Assembly: GCF_964355755.1 (NCBI RefSeq)
Contig: NC_092677.1
Coordinates: 18,808,101 to 18,872,100, forward strand
Reading direction: 5' to 3'
Origin: Antedon mediterranea
Lineage: Eukaryota; Animalia; Echinodermata
Length of the DNA stretch: 64,000 nucleotides
The notes beneath the pieces were generated by a model. It was not told the DNA's origin and did no database searches. It was given only the letters and a program-made list of their open reading frames with translations. Both the position numbers and the translations under genes were made by a program. Positions 10,701 through 23,172 of this stretch are shown here, piece by piece; positions within the stretch are counted from its first letter, which is position 1; the number at the start of each line of letters is the position of its first letter.

Positions 10701-13700
10701 CTTGGTGCATAAATTATCCAGTTGACTAGTTTCAGCCGCAAGCCATTGGTTACTCACTCGCAGACAGTTTTAATATTCATATTTCAGAATTTCAAAGACT
10801 CAACATCTAAGGTGATACGCATGCGCTATGCTACGTTTAGACAATGTGTACTTGGGTACATTGATGAAAGTTTCTGAAGGCTATAAATGATTTTATATGC
10901 CTATAGTAGTCTGGTAAACATTTGATGGGATTTTTCCCCAAGAACATGAAAACTCGTCTTGATATGATAGGCATAGCTTCTCCGCCAAATCAAACATTGA
11001 ATGGATCATATTATGCGGAGATAATTTGATTTTATAATTCCCACCCAAACCCTGTCCTGTTCTGTGTTTGTGGTGGTGTAGCCCTGTTGTGTGCCGGTCG
11101 GTGGTGGTATGTACCTTATTTATTGGCGTTTTATTTGGCAGGTCATACGTACGAGTTGAGTAGCCCTACGAAGGAGGCCTAGGCCAGGACTGAACAATTA
11201 ATAAACAAAACAACTTGGCAACACGATTTTATATTTCATAAACAGTTGTTCAGTCTCGATCGTACATTCAGCACTGTACGTACTCGATCTTATTCATTTT
11301 GAAACAAAATGATCATTGGTTGATTCGAAATCCATATTTACATACCGCCCGCCCCATATAGCCAAATACGGTATGATAACCTACGTCATTCTTATCGGAT
11401 GTTTGCGGTCTGCAAATCGATTTCTATACGTGTTTCACAAGTCTGTATTTTCAGACAAAAATCGCGGTCAAAATAAAAACAAATAAATAAAAAAAAAAAG
11501 ACAATAAATACAGATTTGGGGCAAGTCTAGGAAAATGATGGAAAGGATTATTAGGGATAAACTTGTAATGTATCTTGAGAGTAATGGTCTTTTGTGCAAT
11601 GAGCAATTTGGATTCAGACAAGGTAGATCATGTGCATTACAACTACTTGATGTCCTGGAGAGTTGGACTACTAACCTGGATAACCATGATAGCTTTGATT
11701 GTGTCTATTTAGACTATAAAAAGGCCTTTGATAGTGTGCCACACCAAAGGCTTCTAGTCAAATTGAAAGGTTTTGGTATTACGGGAAATCTACTAGGATG
11801 GTTCTCTAATTATTTGTCAAATAGAACACAACGAGTTAGTGTCAATGGTCAATTGTCATCACAGGCTCCAGTATTAAGTGGAATTCCACAGGGTAGCGTT
11901 GTGGGCCCAATCTTATTTTCAATCTTCATTAACGATTTACCTGATGTTGTCGAATCTAGTATACGTTTATTTGCAGACGACACCAAGTTGTATAGAGTGG
12001 TCAATAACATTGATGATGCAGATTTATTTCAAAGAGACATTGACAGTGCTTCCCATTGGTCTAATGTTTGGCAATTGCCTTTTAATGACACTACTGTAAG
12101 TGTAAGGTATTTCATTATGGTCGTGATAATCCCAATTTCTTGTATTCAATGGCTGGTAATTTACTACATGAGGTAAAGCAGGAGAAAGATCTAGGTGTTA
12201 CCTTTGATCATAGTTTAATCTTTAATTTGCATGTAGCGGATATTTGTAAAAGAGCTAATAAGAAACTAGGAATGATTTATAGATCTTTTAAATTCTTGAA
12301 TAAAGATGGATTTTTGAAGCTGTATAAGTCTATTGTCAGGCCAACGCTTGAATATTGTAACACTGTTTATAATCCTATTAGAAAACGAGATCAGGATGAA
12401 ATAGAGAAGGTCCAGCAAAGAGCAACAAGATTGATTCCTAGGTACCGTAATATTCCTTATGAACAACGTTTGAGAATTCTTTGTCTTCCTACCATGAGAT
12501 ATCGAAGGCAGAGAGCAGATATTATCCAAGTTTTTAGGATTGTTAAAGGTTTCGATCGTATTTCGATCAACACATTTTTTGAATTTGATCTAGAATCTCA
12601 GACCCGTGGACACCCATATAAACTCAAGTTTAAAAGCTCTCGTCTTAATATTAGGAGGGACACGTTCTCCAGGAGAGTTATTCTCTTATGGAATACTCTG
12701 CCTATGGATGTAGTTTCATGTGCTACGGTGAACTTGTTCAAAGCAAAACTTAACGTCGCATGGTCTAACCACCCGCTGAAGTTTTCACCCTATATAGAAT
12801 ATGATTTTATTGCTAAGAGGGGCTTTTAAGCACTGAGTGCTTCGCCTCAATCCCGTAGACGAAAGTGTACGGGAAACAAGTAAACAAGTAAACAAAAGGA
12901 GCCTTTCTGCATTATAATTTTAATATTAATTTTCTGATCTTGTGGTAGGCAATTTATTATTTTATATTGGCACAGCGCATCTAGTTCCCTGCTCATCATT
13001 TCAACCAGCGGTTTGAAAAGACTAATCCATAATTATGGATTAGTCTTTTTAAACCGCTGGTTAATTAATTAATTAATCTCATTTTTACTCACTGCTGTTT
13101 TTATTGAGTACAAGGGTTAGGCCGACTCGCCAACATCTCAACATTACCTGTTTTTTTAGTAGCTAGCCTAGTACTGTAGGTAGATGATCAGTGGCCGAAA
13201 GATACTATGACCGTTTCCTGTCTGGTGAAAAGCATTGTCAACCTTGCCGATAGAAAACAAGGAATCATTAAATGCAGGGTTGACTGTGCTGGCACTATAA
13301 AATGTATATGCTTAACCATGCTAATTGTCTCATCAGTTCAACATTTGTGGGAAATCATATATTTTCAGCTGAGTCAGCCTTTTAATTAATATTAATTAAG
13401 TACAATAATTATTAATACATAATATAAAAATAACGCTTAAAAGAGAACGACGTTTCGACTCCATCATGGGGTCATTATCAAGTCCAATGAATAAAATATA
13501 AAACAACAACTAATTAAGTAGTTATTTTTATATTATGTATTTACAATAAACGTACTCTCATTCGTAATTTGAAACGCGATGACCAGCTTCACTTGTTCAG
13601 GAGACTTGAACAGTGTAGCAAGAAATTAGTAAGCTGTGAAACGTCAATTGAATTTCTTCAATTATGTCAAAACCTTGGACTCACTCCGACATTTGCCAAA

Positions 13701-16700
13701 GTGGATCAGGAAAAGTCAAAGAGATGGAGCAATTCTGCTAAATTCTTTGAGAAAAATGTAATATCGGAAGAGCTGAAAGCGAAGCTGAAACTTCTTAGTA
13801 ATCTCAGAAAAGAAATAAATACTATTTACACAGAAATCAGAAGTCAATGTTCGTCATTTCGTTATCTCGCTATACTTCAGACTATGACCAAGCTACGCTG
13901 TAATCAGTATGGAGCAGAAATGAATGGACATTCTAAGAAAATCGCAAACCTAATGTACAGAGGTAAGAATGTGGATGAACACATCATTAATATATCATCA
14001 TATAGACTATCGTTCTTTCAAAAGCTAGCGCTCAGCCGTGGCTTACAATTTGCTTACCCTCACCGAGTTTCATCCAGGGAAATTAAAGCAAATTTTGAGA
14101 AAGCGTACTGGAAGCTGGAGCCTAAAATTGTTGGTGAGGAAACTAAAGAATTAACAGCAGCTACTCTAAAGTCTATCGCACTTAATTATATAGAAAGGAA
14201 AGGACCATCCCCACCAAAAGCCTTAACAAGAGCACTTGGCCAATTAAAGAAGAGAGATGATATAATCATCACAAAGCCAGACAAAGGATCAGGAGTAGTA
14301 GTCATGGATAGAAGTGAATATGAACATTTATTATGTGAAGCATCAGTCAACAATGTTTCCAAATTTATACCAATCTCTACTGAACAACCAAGAACAAGAG
14401 GAAGACCAATGACACATTACCATCCACTCCTGAAAAAGGAGAAAGATATGATTTCAACGGTTCATAAAATTCTTCCAAAAGAAATTGCTAAATCAATTTG
14501 TCAAACCGGATCAAGGTTAGCTCATTTGTATGGATTGCCTAAAACACACAAAGAAAAGTTATCTATGAGACCAATCTTGTCAGCAACAGGTACCTACAAT
14601 TATAAATTAGCTCAGTGGCTGGATGAGAAGTTGAAACCGCTATCCCAGAACGCATATACAATAGATGATGTATTTAGCTTTGCAGCTGATATACGCTCCA
14701 CCGTTATTAATGCTAGTGATATTTTGGTATCATATGATGTCTCGTCCTTATTCACAAATGTTCCTTTAACCGAGACAATTCAAATTATTGCTGATAAAGC
14801 ATTTACTAACAACTGGTTCAATGATAATTATGGACTAAACTTAGATAAGGACGATTTAATTGTACTCCTCAATATAGCAACGAAAGATCAGCTATTCCAA
14901 TTTAATGGTAACTTGTATGAACAGGTTGATGGAGTTGCAATGGGATCACCTCTAGGGCCCCTTATGGCAAATGTATTTATGTGCCACATCGAGGAACGCC
15001 TTGAATCTACGAACCACATGCCCAAATACTACAAACGGTATGTTGATGACACACTAGTATTCATGCCAAATCTAGAAGCAGCCAATGAATTTTTAGCTTT
15101 ACTCAACACAACCCATCCTGCGATAGCGTTCACAATGGAAACTGCCGTGAACAATTCAATCCCTTTCCTAGGAATGCTGATAACCAAAGATTTGGAAAAA
15201 TTGCACACACGGGTTTACAGAAAGCCAACAGACACAGGCTTATTGCTACACTACAATAGTCACGTTGACAACAAGTATAAAAGGTCACTTATTATAACTA
15301 TGTTAAATCGGGCTTACAAACTATCGTCGACTCACCAGCTTTTTAATGATGAATGTGAAATTCTAAGGAAGATTTTTAAGCGTCTGAAATATCCAGATGA
15401 ACTAATAACAACAACCATACAGAACTTTAAACCAGCAGAGAGCAATAACAACACTGCAGAAGATGAAACAGATCTATCCGAAATACCAGTGCGAATCATC
15501 CTGCCATTCAAAGACCAGAAATCTGCGAACTCCGTCAAGCGACAACTATGCCAACTAAGTCACAAGATAAACAAAAACATTGTCCCTGTATTCATAAGTA
15601 AAAAAGTTAAAGATAACATTAGGAAAGTCGAAAAGAAACCAACTATTATAAGTCAACAATGTGTTGTGTATAAATTTAAATGTGACTTGTGCGATGCAAG
15701 TTATGTTGGATATACATGCCGACACCTCTACCAACGCATTGTCGAACATAGTAGATGCTTAATAGGACTAGGCCTTACGGTGAAGATAAAAACATTTTTT
15801 CTTGTTCCTCATTAAGCATAATAAGTGAACTCTCTAGATTCATATACATAAAAATAAATTAATCACGTATTAAAAAGTTCCACGAAAATTTTCCTGACAT
15901 TTTAAAGAAATCTTGATTTTAAAAGTATAAAAGAATATATTTTCGCTGTTGCCATTTTGTATCACATGACATCAGTTAAACCAATCATACGCGACGTTTA
16001 GGCAGCAGACGTCAAAATCATACGATGTAAACACGAAATGGCGTCCGACGAGGAAGGATCTTCTCGCTCAGACAAAGTAAAGTTGAAATGTTTTTTCCAA
16101 ATTTACAAGCATTCAAATGAAATTATCAGTCCAATTACTGAGATTCGATGGTATAAAGTGTTGCTCTGTTCAAAGAGTTGGATAAAATTAGATGGATACG
16201 GCAAGGAAATCGCCATACATTTGACGGAGCTTCTTGGTATGTCTGATGAAGGTAAATCGTTTGACGATGTCGTACGCGAGCATCCAGGCTTAGGTTTTCA
16301 TGCTACCTGTTACAGGCGATATACTGATACATCTCGACTAAAAAAGGTAATATTTGGTTTCGATTATTATCAGAATACTCTAAGAGTTAATAATATAGTT
16401 AAATGATACAGTATATAGGGTGCTACTGATCTATATATCTATAATATAGATAGGCCTAGATCTATATTGTGCCCTTAGAGTTTCTGTGCTTGGTTGTTGA
16501 TTGGGCTTTCTACTACTGTAGTACCAGTACTACTACGTAGGCCTAGGCCCTAGGCCATATTATATTATACAGTATATATTATTCAGTAGGCTACACAATT
16601 AATTTTAGTTAAATACCAATATAGGCTCTATATTCTGGAAAGTGAGTAAAACGTAACTTTCTAAAACTCTTGTTGGTTTTTTGAATTTACATTTTTAATT

Positions 16701-19700
16701 TTTTTTTTTTATTTGCTTCAGTCTAAAAAAAAATGTTGAATTTTTAAACACCAAAATCTATAAAATATTAAAATATATTTTAATAATATTTATTATTTTT
16801 TACAGGGAATTGGAAAGTGTTTTTTTAACATATAAGCAAAGCTATAAGGTATTTTGCAGAGATGTAATTGATAAACGGTTACAGTATGGACAGGAGATAC
16901 CAAGACTCGCAAAACTCCAAAAGCTTTTCATGAAATCAATTGAAAAAAACAGAAAATGTTTACTTGTCAACTATAAGGTAGGCTGTCGATCCCTTCTTAA
17001 AAACGATGAAATAATTGTAATATTTCTGAGATCCAGTTGCTGTAATAATTTCTTCATTGTATCTGTGTTACAATTAATTATAATCAATTAATCTGTTATT
17101 TATAAATCAGACGTGTTGAAGAAGAAGCTCAGGATGGATTATCCTAACCTAATTTTTCATTCACCCACAAGAAGGTTAGTTGCTTAGTGTGTTTATATTA
17201 AATGATTATTTCACCAGGGATAATTTAAAAAAAAATGTTTTTGTGGATTGGTCAAACTAAATATTTTGTTTATTTTTCTTAATTAGAAATGAATCAGTTC
17301 TGGTGTACTTTAGCAATGTATCCCCTGGATTTGTGGCTGATCCATTTTTGTCATCAGGAAAAAGTACAACGGAGACAGATGAATCATCAGAGTATGACAT
17401 AGATATTCCAACTACTTCTACAACACACGAAATCTCCACTGATGGTGACAATAGAGACAAACTAAGGACTCTATACTTTGCAGGTACGGTTAAAATACAA
17501 TAACTTGTATATATTGGTTTATTTTTAAATAACAACAATAAATGTTATTGCATAATTAAGGAAATGCTGTGGATCAAAGAGGTGAAAGCTGTATGCACTC
17601 AAAAAACAAAACTGTTATGATAGTAAGTGGTGTCGATCATAAATGCTGTACACAATACAGTATATGCTTTATATAAATTTATTATTACTATGTTTCATTC
17701 ATCGAATGCTATAAAATATACTTGCAGGTACGATAGTAAATAATGCCATCAAATCAAACAAAGGTATGCAGAGTGAATGGCCTCCAAGAGCAGCAGACAT
17801 TAATGATGTTGACATATCTGAAATTGTGCCATATGAGTTGTTTAATCTAATCGCAAAGTGTGTTGGTGCTGCAGAAGATACTATACAAACTTCATTTTCA
17901 GATGTTACTGAAGAAACTCGAACGAAAATTTTATCGATATGCCAGGAAATCCTGTACCTTGGAAAGGAAGAAGGCAGACTCCAAAGTCACCTGCTCTAGG
18001 ATTAACTGTTCGAGTGTGAATGAGATGAGTGTGAAAACAGGACAAGAGAAGAAGAAGAAGAACAAAAAGAAGACACACCAGACTATGGCATTGAAGATGA
18101 TGAATTAGACTATGATGAATTGGACTATGAGGAATTAGACTATATGAGGAAGATGAATATGAAATATACTGTAGTTTATACGGTTTTGAATGCAACAAAA
18201 TCATCATAAAAAGTAACTGTAATGTAATAGGCCTACACTATAACCAATGTGAAACACTACCATGGTTATGCAAACAGAAACTGTGAGCATGTGAATAAAA
18301 AAAAAGATTTAAAAAAAATGAAAACAAAATGGAAACCATGACAATATAAATAAATAATATAACCATGAGAATATAATAATAAAAACTGTAACCATGAGAA
18401 TATAAATAAATAATGTAACCATGAGAATATAATAATAAAAACTGTAACCATGAGAATATAAATAAATAATGTAACCATGAGAATATAATAATAAAAACTG
18501 TAACCATGAGAATATAAATAAATAATGTAACCATGAGAATATAAAGAAAAATAGTAACTATGAGAATATAAAGAAATTGTGTAACCATTAAAAGAAATTG
18601 TGTAACCATGAGAATATGAAGAAAAATATTAACCATGAGAATAAATACAATTACATTGAAACAAAACAAATATTTGATGTTTGTATTTTATTTATTAATT
18701 TAAATTTACTATTGCATTGGTGTTTATTACTAGGAATATGTGTTCTATATGTTTCACAGTTAAATCATATCAGTCACTATGTACATCCTACGGTATAAAC
18801 TTAGCATTATTGCTGCTGTATTTCTACTGCTATTAATAGCCTACCTGTCGGGAGAAACCATTATACGAACAGTTGAAGCCATTTGTAATTATAAATGTTT
18901 TAATGTCGGGGGATAATTATTAACTCTAAATTTCAATTTTAGAGTTAATATAAATTTGTATTCACCAAATTTATTTAAAAAAATAAAGAATAAATCTATT
19001 TTGATAATAAATAACTTGCCTATATATTTCTTATAAACCGTGATAATAATAGTACAGTCTAGTTATAGTGCGCCACCAGTTGTTTCAGCCTCGCTATTTC
19101 GTAAGAAATCGTTGGCATATTTACCAACTTTAACGGTAATTTTCTACCAAACGCCAGGTATTTTTTTGTGGAACTTTTACTTTTTGTACTATTAGTATTT
19201 ATTTAGAACAGTATATGTGGTAAAAAAGTATTATGCTTGATGAGGAACGGGATTGCTTTTCCAGGCATCATTTCAGCTTCGCCGTAAGGCCTAGACAGCA
19301 TTTGAAGGATCATAAAGTGACTGTTAATCCCAGTAAAATTAATTCATGTTTTAGTATACTTAGGAAATGCAAAAACAAATTTGACTGTCTTATCTATGAA
19401 ATGTTGTATATCAGACAATTAAAACCTAGTCTGAATAAACAAAGTGACTCTGTAAAAGCTAAGCTTTTCATTTGACAGGATGTTAGACAATAGGTCTTTT
19501 GTTATTTAAACTTTGACCCTTGGCTTGTGCTACTTAATTAGTTGTTTTATATTTTATTCATTGGACTTGATAATGACCCCATGATGGAGTCGAAACGTCG
19601 TTCTCTTTTAAGCGTTATTTTTATATTATGTATTTATAATTATTAATATTATAATTAATATAATAAACAACATCTCAATTCAGGGTAGTCTTCTTCTTCT

Positions 19701-22590
19701 TCTTTGGGGTCCTACTAAACACCACTCGCAACCACTTCCTACCACTCGCAACCACTCGCTACAACGCGCAACCGAAATTCATATTAATTAAAGTACATTT
19801 GGCTTATTTATTGTCTTATTATCAATAAAAACCCTATTTTTATACACATAAACGTCAAATTAGTTAAAAAACGACAGAAAAACAATCGTCATTCAACGCG
19901 TCCACAACGATGTACATGTGTACACAGTACTCACGCAAGAAATAACAACTCAGAATATAGAAGGCTTGTGTCAAGTGCCAGCCATTAATTATTCCAATGT
20001 TTATGTCATTTAACCATTATTTTACTTCTTTAGATGTAATACAGTTACTGACAGAACGAAAATACTAGGATATCAATAAAATTCATTCAAAATTGGACAT
20101 TGGTCTATTTTATAGATAGTTGACGCATTAACAATTCAAGCACACTGACGCAGTTTCTATCTATGTTCTACGCTCGCGCTAACCGCTCGCCAATTCGCCA
20201 ATGGCGACTGGAGTCTCCATTTGGCGAAAATAATTATTGCCTCGTTCGCCAAATTGGCGAAAATACATTTCCAAGCCTAGGCCTAGCCTGGTCGGCGTGA
20301 CTTCTTATGGGAGCGAGAATTCGCCACACTTCGGTACTTTCTGACTCGGGCCGGTACACTTTTTACCAAAACAGCATTTTATGTGACGACGTCACGATCG
20401 CCGTGTTAATTTTTTTAGTTCTGTTTAAACATGCGCAGAGCGTGCCTCGATGACGTTTTAATGACACACAGTTAATGTGATTGGTTCGTGGCCGACCGTC
20501 GACGACGTGATGATGAGCGAATAGAAGGGGAAGTCCCTATTCTTCGACGTAGAAAATGAACTTCGAGAAGAAAATGTAAACAGAAACATGTGGACGAATA
20601 CTTCTGTAAACGAGGCTGTTCTGTTATTTAAAAAGGGGAATTTTAAATGTAACAAAGTAATTACCTCAATAGTATAATGTTAACATGTTTAATTTTATTT
20701 CCCTTTCGATTATTCTAACCGAAAGTTGCGCTTTAGATTGAATAGCTAAGAAACAACGTATACTGCAACGGCAACCCTGGCCAAAGCGCGTTTCGGCCGC
20801 CTACATAGAATGGGTTACGGCCGCTGCATAGCAAATTCAAAGCTTCTTAAATTTCTGCGGTACATTTCTTGTTTTATATAATAGATTGATAAATATTATT
20901 ATTAAATCATTTAATAAATCGGTAAAATTGACGTTTCGAAGCAAATATTCCATGATGAGAGGTGACATTTTTCGACATGCCTCGTGTGCGGCGAAGACTA
21001 GTTCAGAAAATGGAACAGTCCACTGCGGGGGTAATCCAATCATTAATTAACGCGCTAATACATGCATACCATGCACATTGCCTGGGCGACGGTAATTTAG
21101 TAATAAGCGGAGAACTGAATCCCCCGTAAGGAAAATGGTAAACACTGATATTTATGGTAGGGATTATTTTTTTCAGGGGTTGGTCTTGTTGGCCGCTTCG
21201 CACGAGGTCCACGCAAAGTCAAATAAAACGATGTGTTTTATCAAACAGAAATATAAATTAGCTTCAATTCAATACTAAATTAGCCAGATTTTGATAATGA
21301 GAAAGACTCAAAAATTCAATTTTTATCGTTAAAATTGACATTTGAGGCGGATGTACATAATAATAATAACCGATTTACATATCAAAATAAAGAGTATTAA
21401 AAGCCTGATAACATGCAACAAAAATTACTCCACCACCTATTATGGACCTCGTGCGATCGGGTGCGAAAATGGGTAGGTGTTTTCCAAAGTTATTTTTAGC
21501 GCGCGGATTTCGGCTCGCCGGCTTTTGTACCTCATTTTTAACTCGCGTTTTCTATTAAAATATTTAATAAACATAGGTTATAAATATATAAAAATAATCC
21601 CTTAAACAAGATCTTTCCAGGCATATAATTTTTATTCTCATGGGTACATAAGAAAATAATAGTATATTTTTAACTTCAAAGACACGTCACTTTTTGAAAT
21701 TTCACGAACGTGTTAAAATCGCGGTAACGAAAATCAGCTTCATTGGGATAAATAATAATAATATAAATGTAAAAGAAGTAAAATAACAAACAAATACATG
21801 CATTATTTATTTAATAAACATTTTTGCGAATTTTTATGGTTTTTTAAATTTGGCTAAAGGATTTTCAATTTGGCTAATGTTTTTCAAAACATTTCGCCAT
21901 TTTGGCGAACGAAATTTTGACCTTAGCGCGAGCGTAGTCTATGTTATATAGTAATACGACGGTTTAACAAGGTGTTTTGTGTATAAAAGCACCATTTTGT
22001 GTATAAAAATAGGTTTTTATTGATAATAAGACAATAAATAAGCCAAATGTACTTTAATTAATATGAATTTCGGTTGCGAGTAGTAGCGAGTGGTAGGACG
22101 TGGTTGCGAGTGGTGTTTAGTACTAGTAGGACCCCTTCTTTGGAATACTTACTGCTTATTAACGATCCTTAAGGATCAAAACAAGCAGGGTTTGTGCGCA
22201 TGCGGGGTCTTTGATATTTTTAGTCTAGTATAGAAATAGGCCTAGCCTAGCTAGATTAAATTTAATAACTAAATTTTATACTAGGCTAGGCCTATTATTA
22301 TTATTAGGGCCTGGCCCTAGCTAGGAGGCCTAGGCCTAGTATTAGGAAAGTCAGTTATAAAATACCGTTTGGCAAATTGTCTCATCTTCTAGGGCTGTGC
22401 TTATTTTATCACCTTGTCCTTGATGAAAGTAAAACCAGGCACCAATGACATACATCAATGCGGTGGAACCTGCTTCTCTCCCGCGAGTGCAAATCTCCAT
22501 CAGGACGTCAGAATTTAATGCCAACTTGGCACAAACTGAACCCAATGCTGCACATAGACCAGCGAAAACGGGCAGCAAAGCTCCTATCAT
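7630..22590 (-). CDS. TMEM42: Transmembrane protein 42 (EamA/DMT-like), 3 coding exons, 176 aa
   Basis: Exons 22590-22366, 8766-8620 and 7788-7630 join in phase 0 with GT-AG introns. Motifs AGLCAALGSVCAKLA, NALMWTLFVKSL...SSVQATVTNSASNFFFSA and LLFGEPLGIKWWIG are typical of TMEM42. Confidence 0.92.
8620..8766 (-). CDS. TMEM42: TMEM42 exon 2
   Basis: Acceptor ttttcag|ATT, donor TCT|gtaagt; reads ISFYLQALSFFGIFLFNALMWTLFVKSLQLSRSSVQATVTNSASNFFFS. Confidence 0.9.
8987..10299 (-). mobile_element. Zisupton-like non-autonomous element, copy A
   Basis: Hairpin termini tagacttgccccaagtct and gtctggaacccagacta; 8-bp TSD ATTCATAA; reverse-complement homolog of 10553-11530. Superfamily call is tentative. 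Confidence 0.75.
9577..9929 (-). mobile_element. LINE (L2-group) 3' fragment nested in copy A
   Basis: Absent from copy B. Minus strand reads NLPHSIQQIENKFNFKK (RT C-terminus), followed by a 3' UTR and an (ATCAA)n tail. Confidence 0.7.
10553..11530 (+). mobile_element. Zisupton-like non-autonomous element, copy B
   Basis: Termini tagtctgggctccagac ... gatttggggcaagtcta(g). TSD GAAAATGA duplicates CR1 coding sequence. Confidence 0.75.
13003..13062. repeat. 60-bp near-perfect palindrome
   Basis: aaccagcggtttgaaaagactaatccataa|ttatggattagtctttttaaaccgctggtt, one mismatch. Confidence 0.9.
13445..13485 (-). ncRNA. Minimal type I hammerhead ribozyme (inverted pLTR copy)
   Basis: Exact reverse complement of 19563-19603. 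Confidence 0.65.
13569..15768 (+). CDS. Penelope RT/GIY-YIG polyprotein (interrupted)
   Basis: Motifs KPDKGSGVVVMD, LYGLPKTHK, SYDVSSLFTNVP, GVAMGSPLGP, RYVDDT, VYRKPT and CVVYKFKCDLCDASYVGYT. Confidence 0.9.
15769..19293 (+). mobile_element. Internally deleted Academ-like DNA transposon
   Basis: TIR taggccttacggtgaag / cttcgccgtaaggccta and 3-bp TSD GAC. Exon-like fragments GFHATCYRRYT (16038-16345) and WPP...VPYELF...KILSICQEILY...TPK (17728-18010) resemble the Academ transposase N-terminal half. No catalytic core is visible. Confidence 0.75.
18335..18650. repeat. AT-rich minisatellite inside Academ element
   Basis: Alternating ~28/30-bp units anchored on taaccatgagaatata. Confidence 0.9.
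19563..19603 (+). ncRNA. Minimal type I hammerhead ribozyme of Penelope pLTR
   Basis: ggac-TTGATAA-t-gaccccatgatggagtc-GAAAC-GTC-gttc: stem I ggac/gttc, core with U3/A8 covariation, stem II, and a palindromic minimal stem III. Confidence 0.7.
19707..22134. mobile_element. Long-TIR non-autonomous DNA transposon (Merlin/MULE-like)
   Basis: TIRs of ~130-150 bp starting gggtcctacta...accactcgcaaccac; 8-bp TSD CTTCTTTG. Confidence 0.8.
20168..21937. mobile_element. hAT-like non-autonomous element nested in 19707-22134
   Basis: TIR ctacgctcgcgctaa / ttagcgcgagcgtag, perfect 8-bp TSD TCTATGTT, and subterminal ttcgcca/tggcgaa repeats. Confidence 0.88.
22366..22590 (-). CDS. TMEM42: TMEM42 exon 1 (coding part)
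   Basis: MIGALLPVFAGLCAALGSVCAKLA...TICQT, donor ACG|gtattt. Confidence 0.85.
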
Positions 22591-22599
22591 AATATTAGG

Positions 22600-23172
22600 T
22601 ACTTGTACTTGTTACAATTGCAAATATTAAGCTATTATATTAAGTATTAGGCCTACAGTATTATAAAACTAGGTAGGCCGAGCTAGGCCCTACAACTACT
22701 AGACCATGTCATCATCGTTGTGTCGTGGGTGTGGTATCATCGTGCAGCAACAGTCGTGGGTTCTTTTGCTGATGATGCGCGCCGCCGGTCGGCGCGGGCA
22801 TAGGCCTACTGTATTTTGAATAGTATCAGAAGTACAGACGGTAGACAGAAACCTGAAACAAAAATAATCTACATTGCTGCATGGCGACTGGATCCATAGG
22901 CTACAAAACCTTTTATTATTATTGCTATTATTTAATATTATTCAGCTGTTGCACACAGTACAGTCTTTATAGGTCACAACAAGACACCCAGACACGACTC
23001 TACTCTGTGTATTATTGAGAACAACAATTTTCGTCTGGCCTAATAATTATAACAAATTCGTTTTTCTTGAGTAAATCACAGGCTATAGGCTAGGCCTAAA
23101 GGCTAGCTTTATTAGTACAATACACATACTGTACTACATACAAGCCTAAAAAACCACTTGATAATGATTGAG
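22600..23172. promoter_or_regulatory. Putative bidirectional promoter / 5' UTR exons of TMEM42 and the kelch gene
   Basis: GC-richer patch with gcgcgccgccggtcggcgc and an ATGGCG (YY1-like) motif. A plus-strand donor GAG|gtaagg at 23172 could pair with the acceptor tttcag at 27471. Inferred. Confidence 0.45.

Larger units (their letters stand above)
8815..12895 (+). mobile_element. 5'-truncated CR1-clade LINE (RT), interrupted and frameshifted
   Basis: Motifs KSAGPDG.HPRVL, NYRPVSLTS, QFGFRQGRS, YLDYKKAFDSV, GIPQGSVVGP, FADDTK and TRGHPYKL...WNTLP. Frameshift near 12095. 3' hairpin and (TAAACAAG)n tail. Split by two DNA-element insertions. Confidence 0.93.
13414..19634 (+). mobile_element. 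Penelope-like retroelement (RT + GIY-YIG) with inverted pseudo-LTR
   Basis: RT ORF from 13569. The GIY-YIG domain is split by an insertion and resumes at 19294-19475. A ~108-bp terminal repeat at 13414-13521 is the reverse complement of ~19530-19634. Confidence 0.93.

Noticed and set aside
8987-11530. Single giant fold-back transposon
   Set aside because: Each arm has its own TSD and the spacer is colinear CR1 sequence, so these are two insertions.
18238-18669. Hydrophobic membrane-protein-like ORFs
   Set aside because: Translation of an AT-rich minisatellite inside the Academ element.
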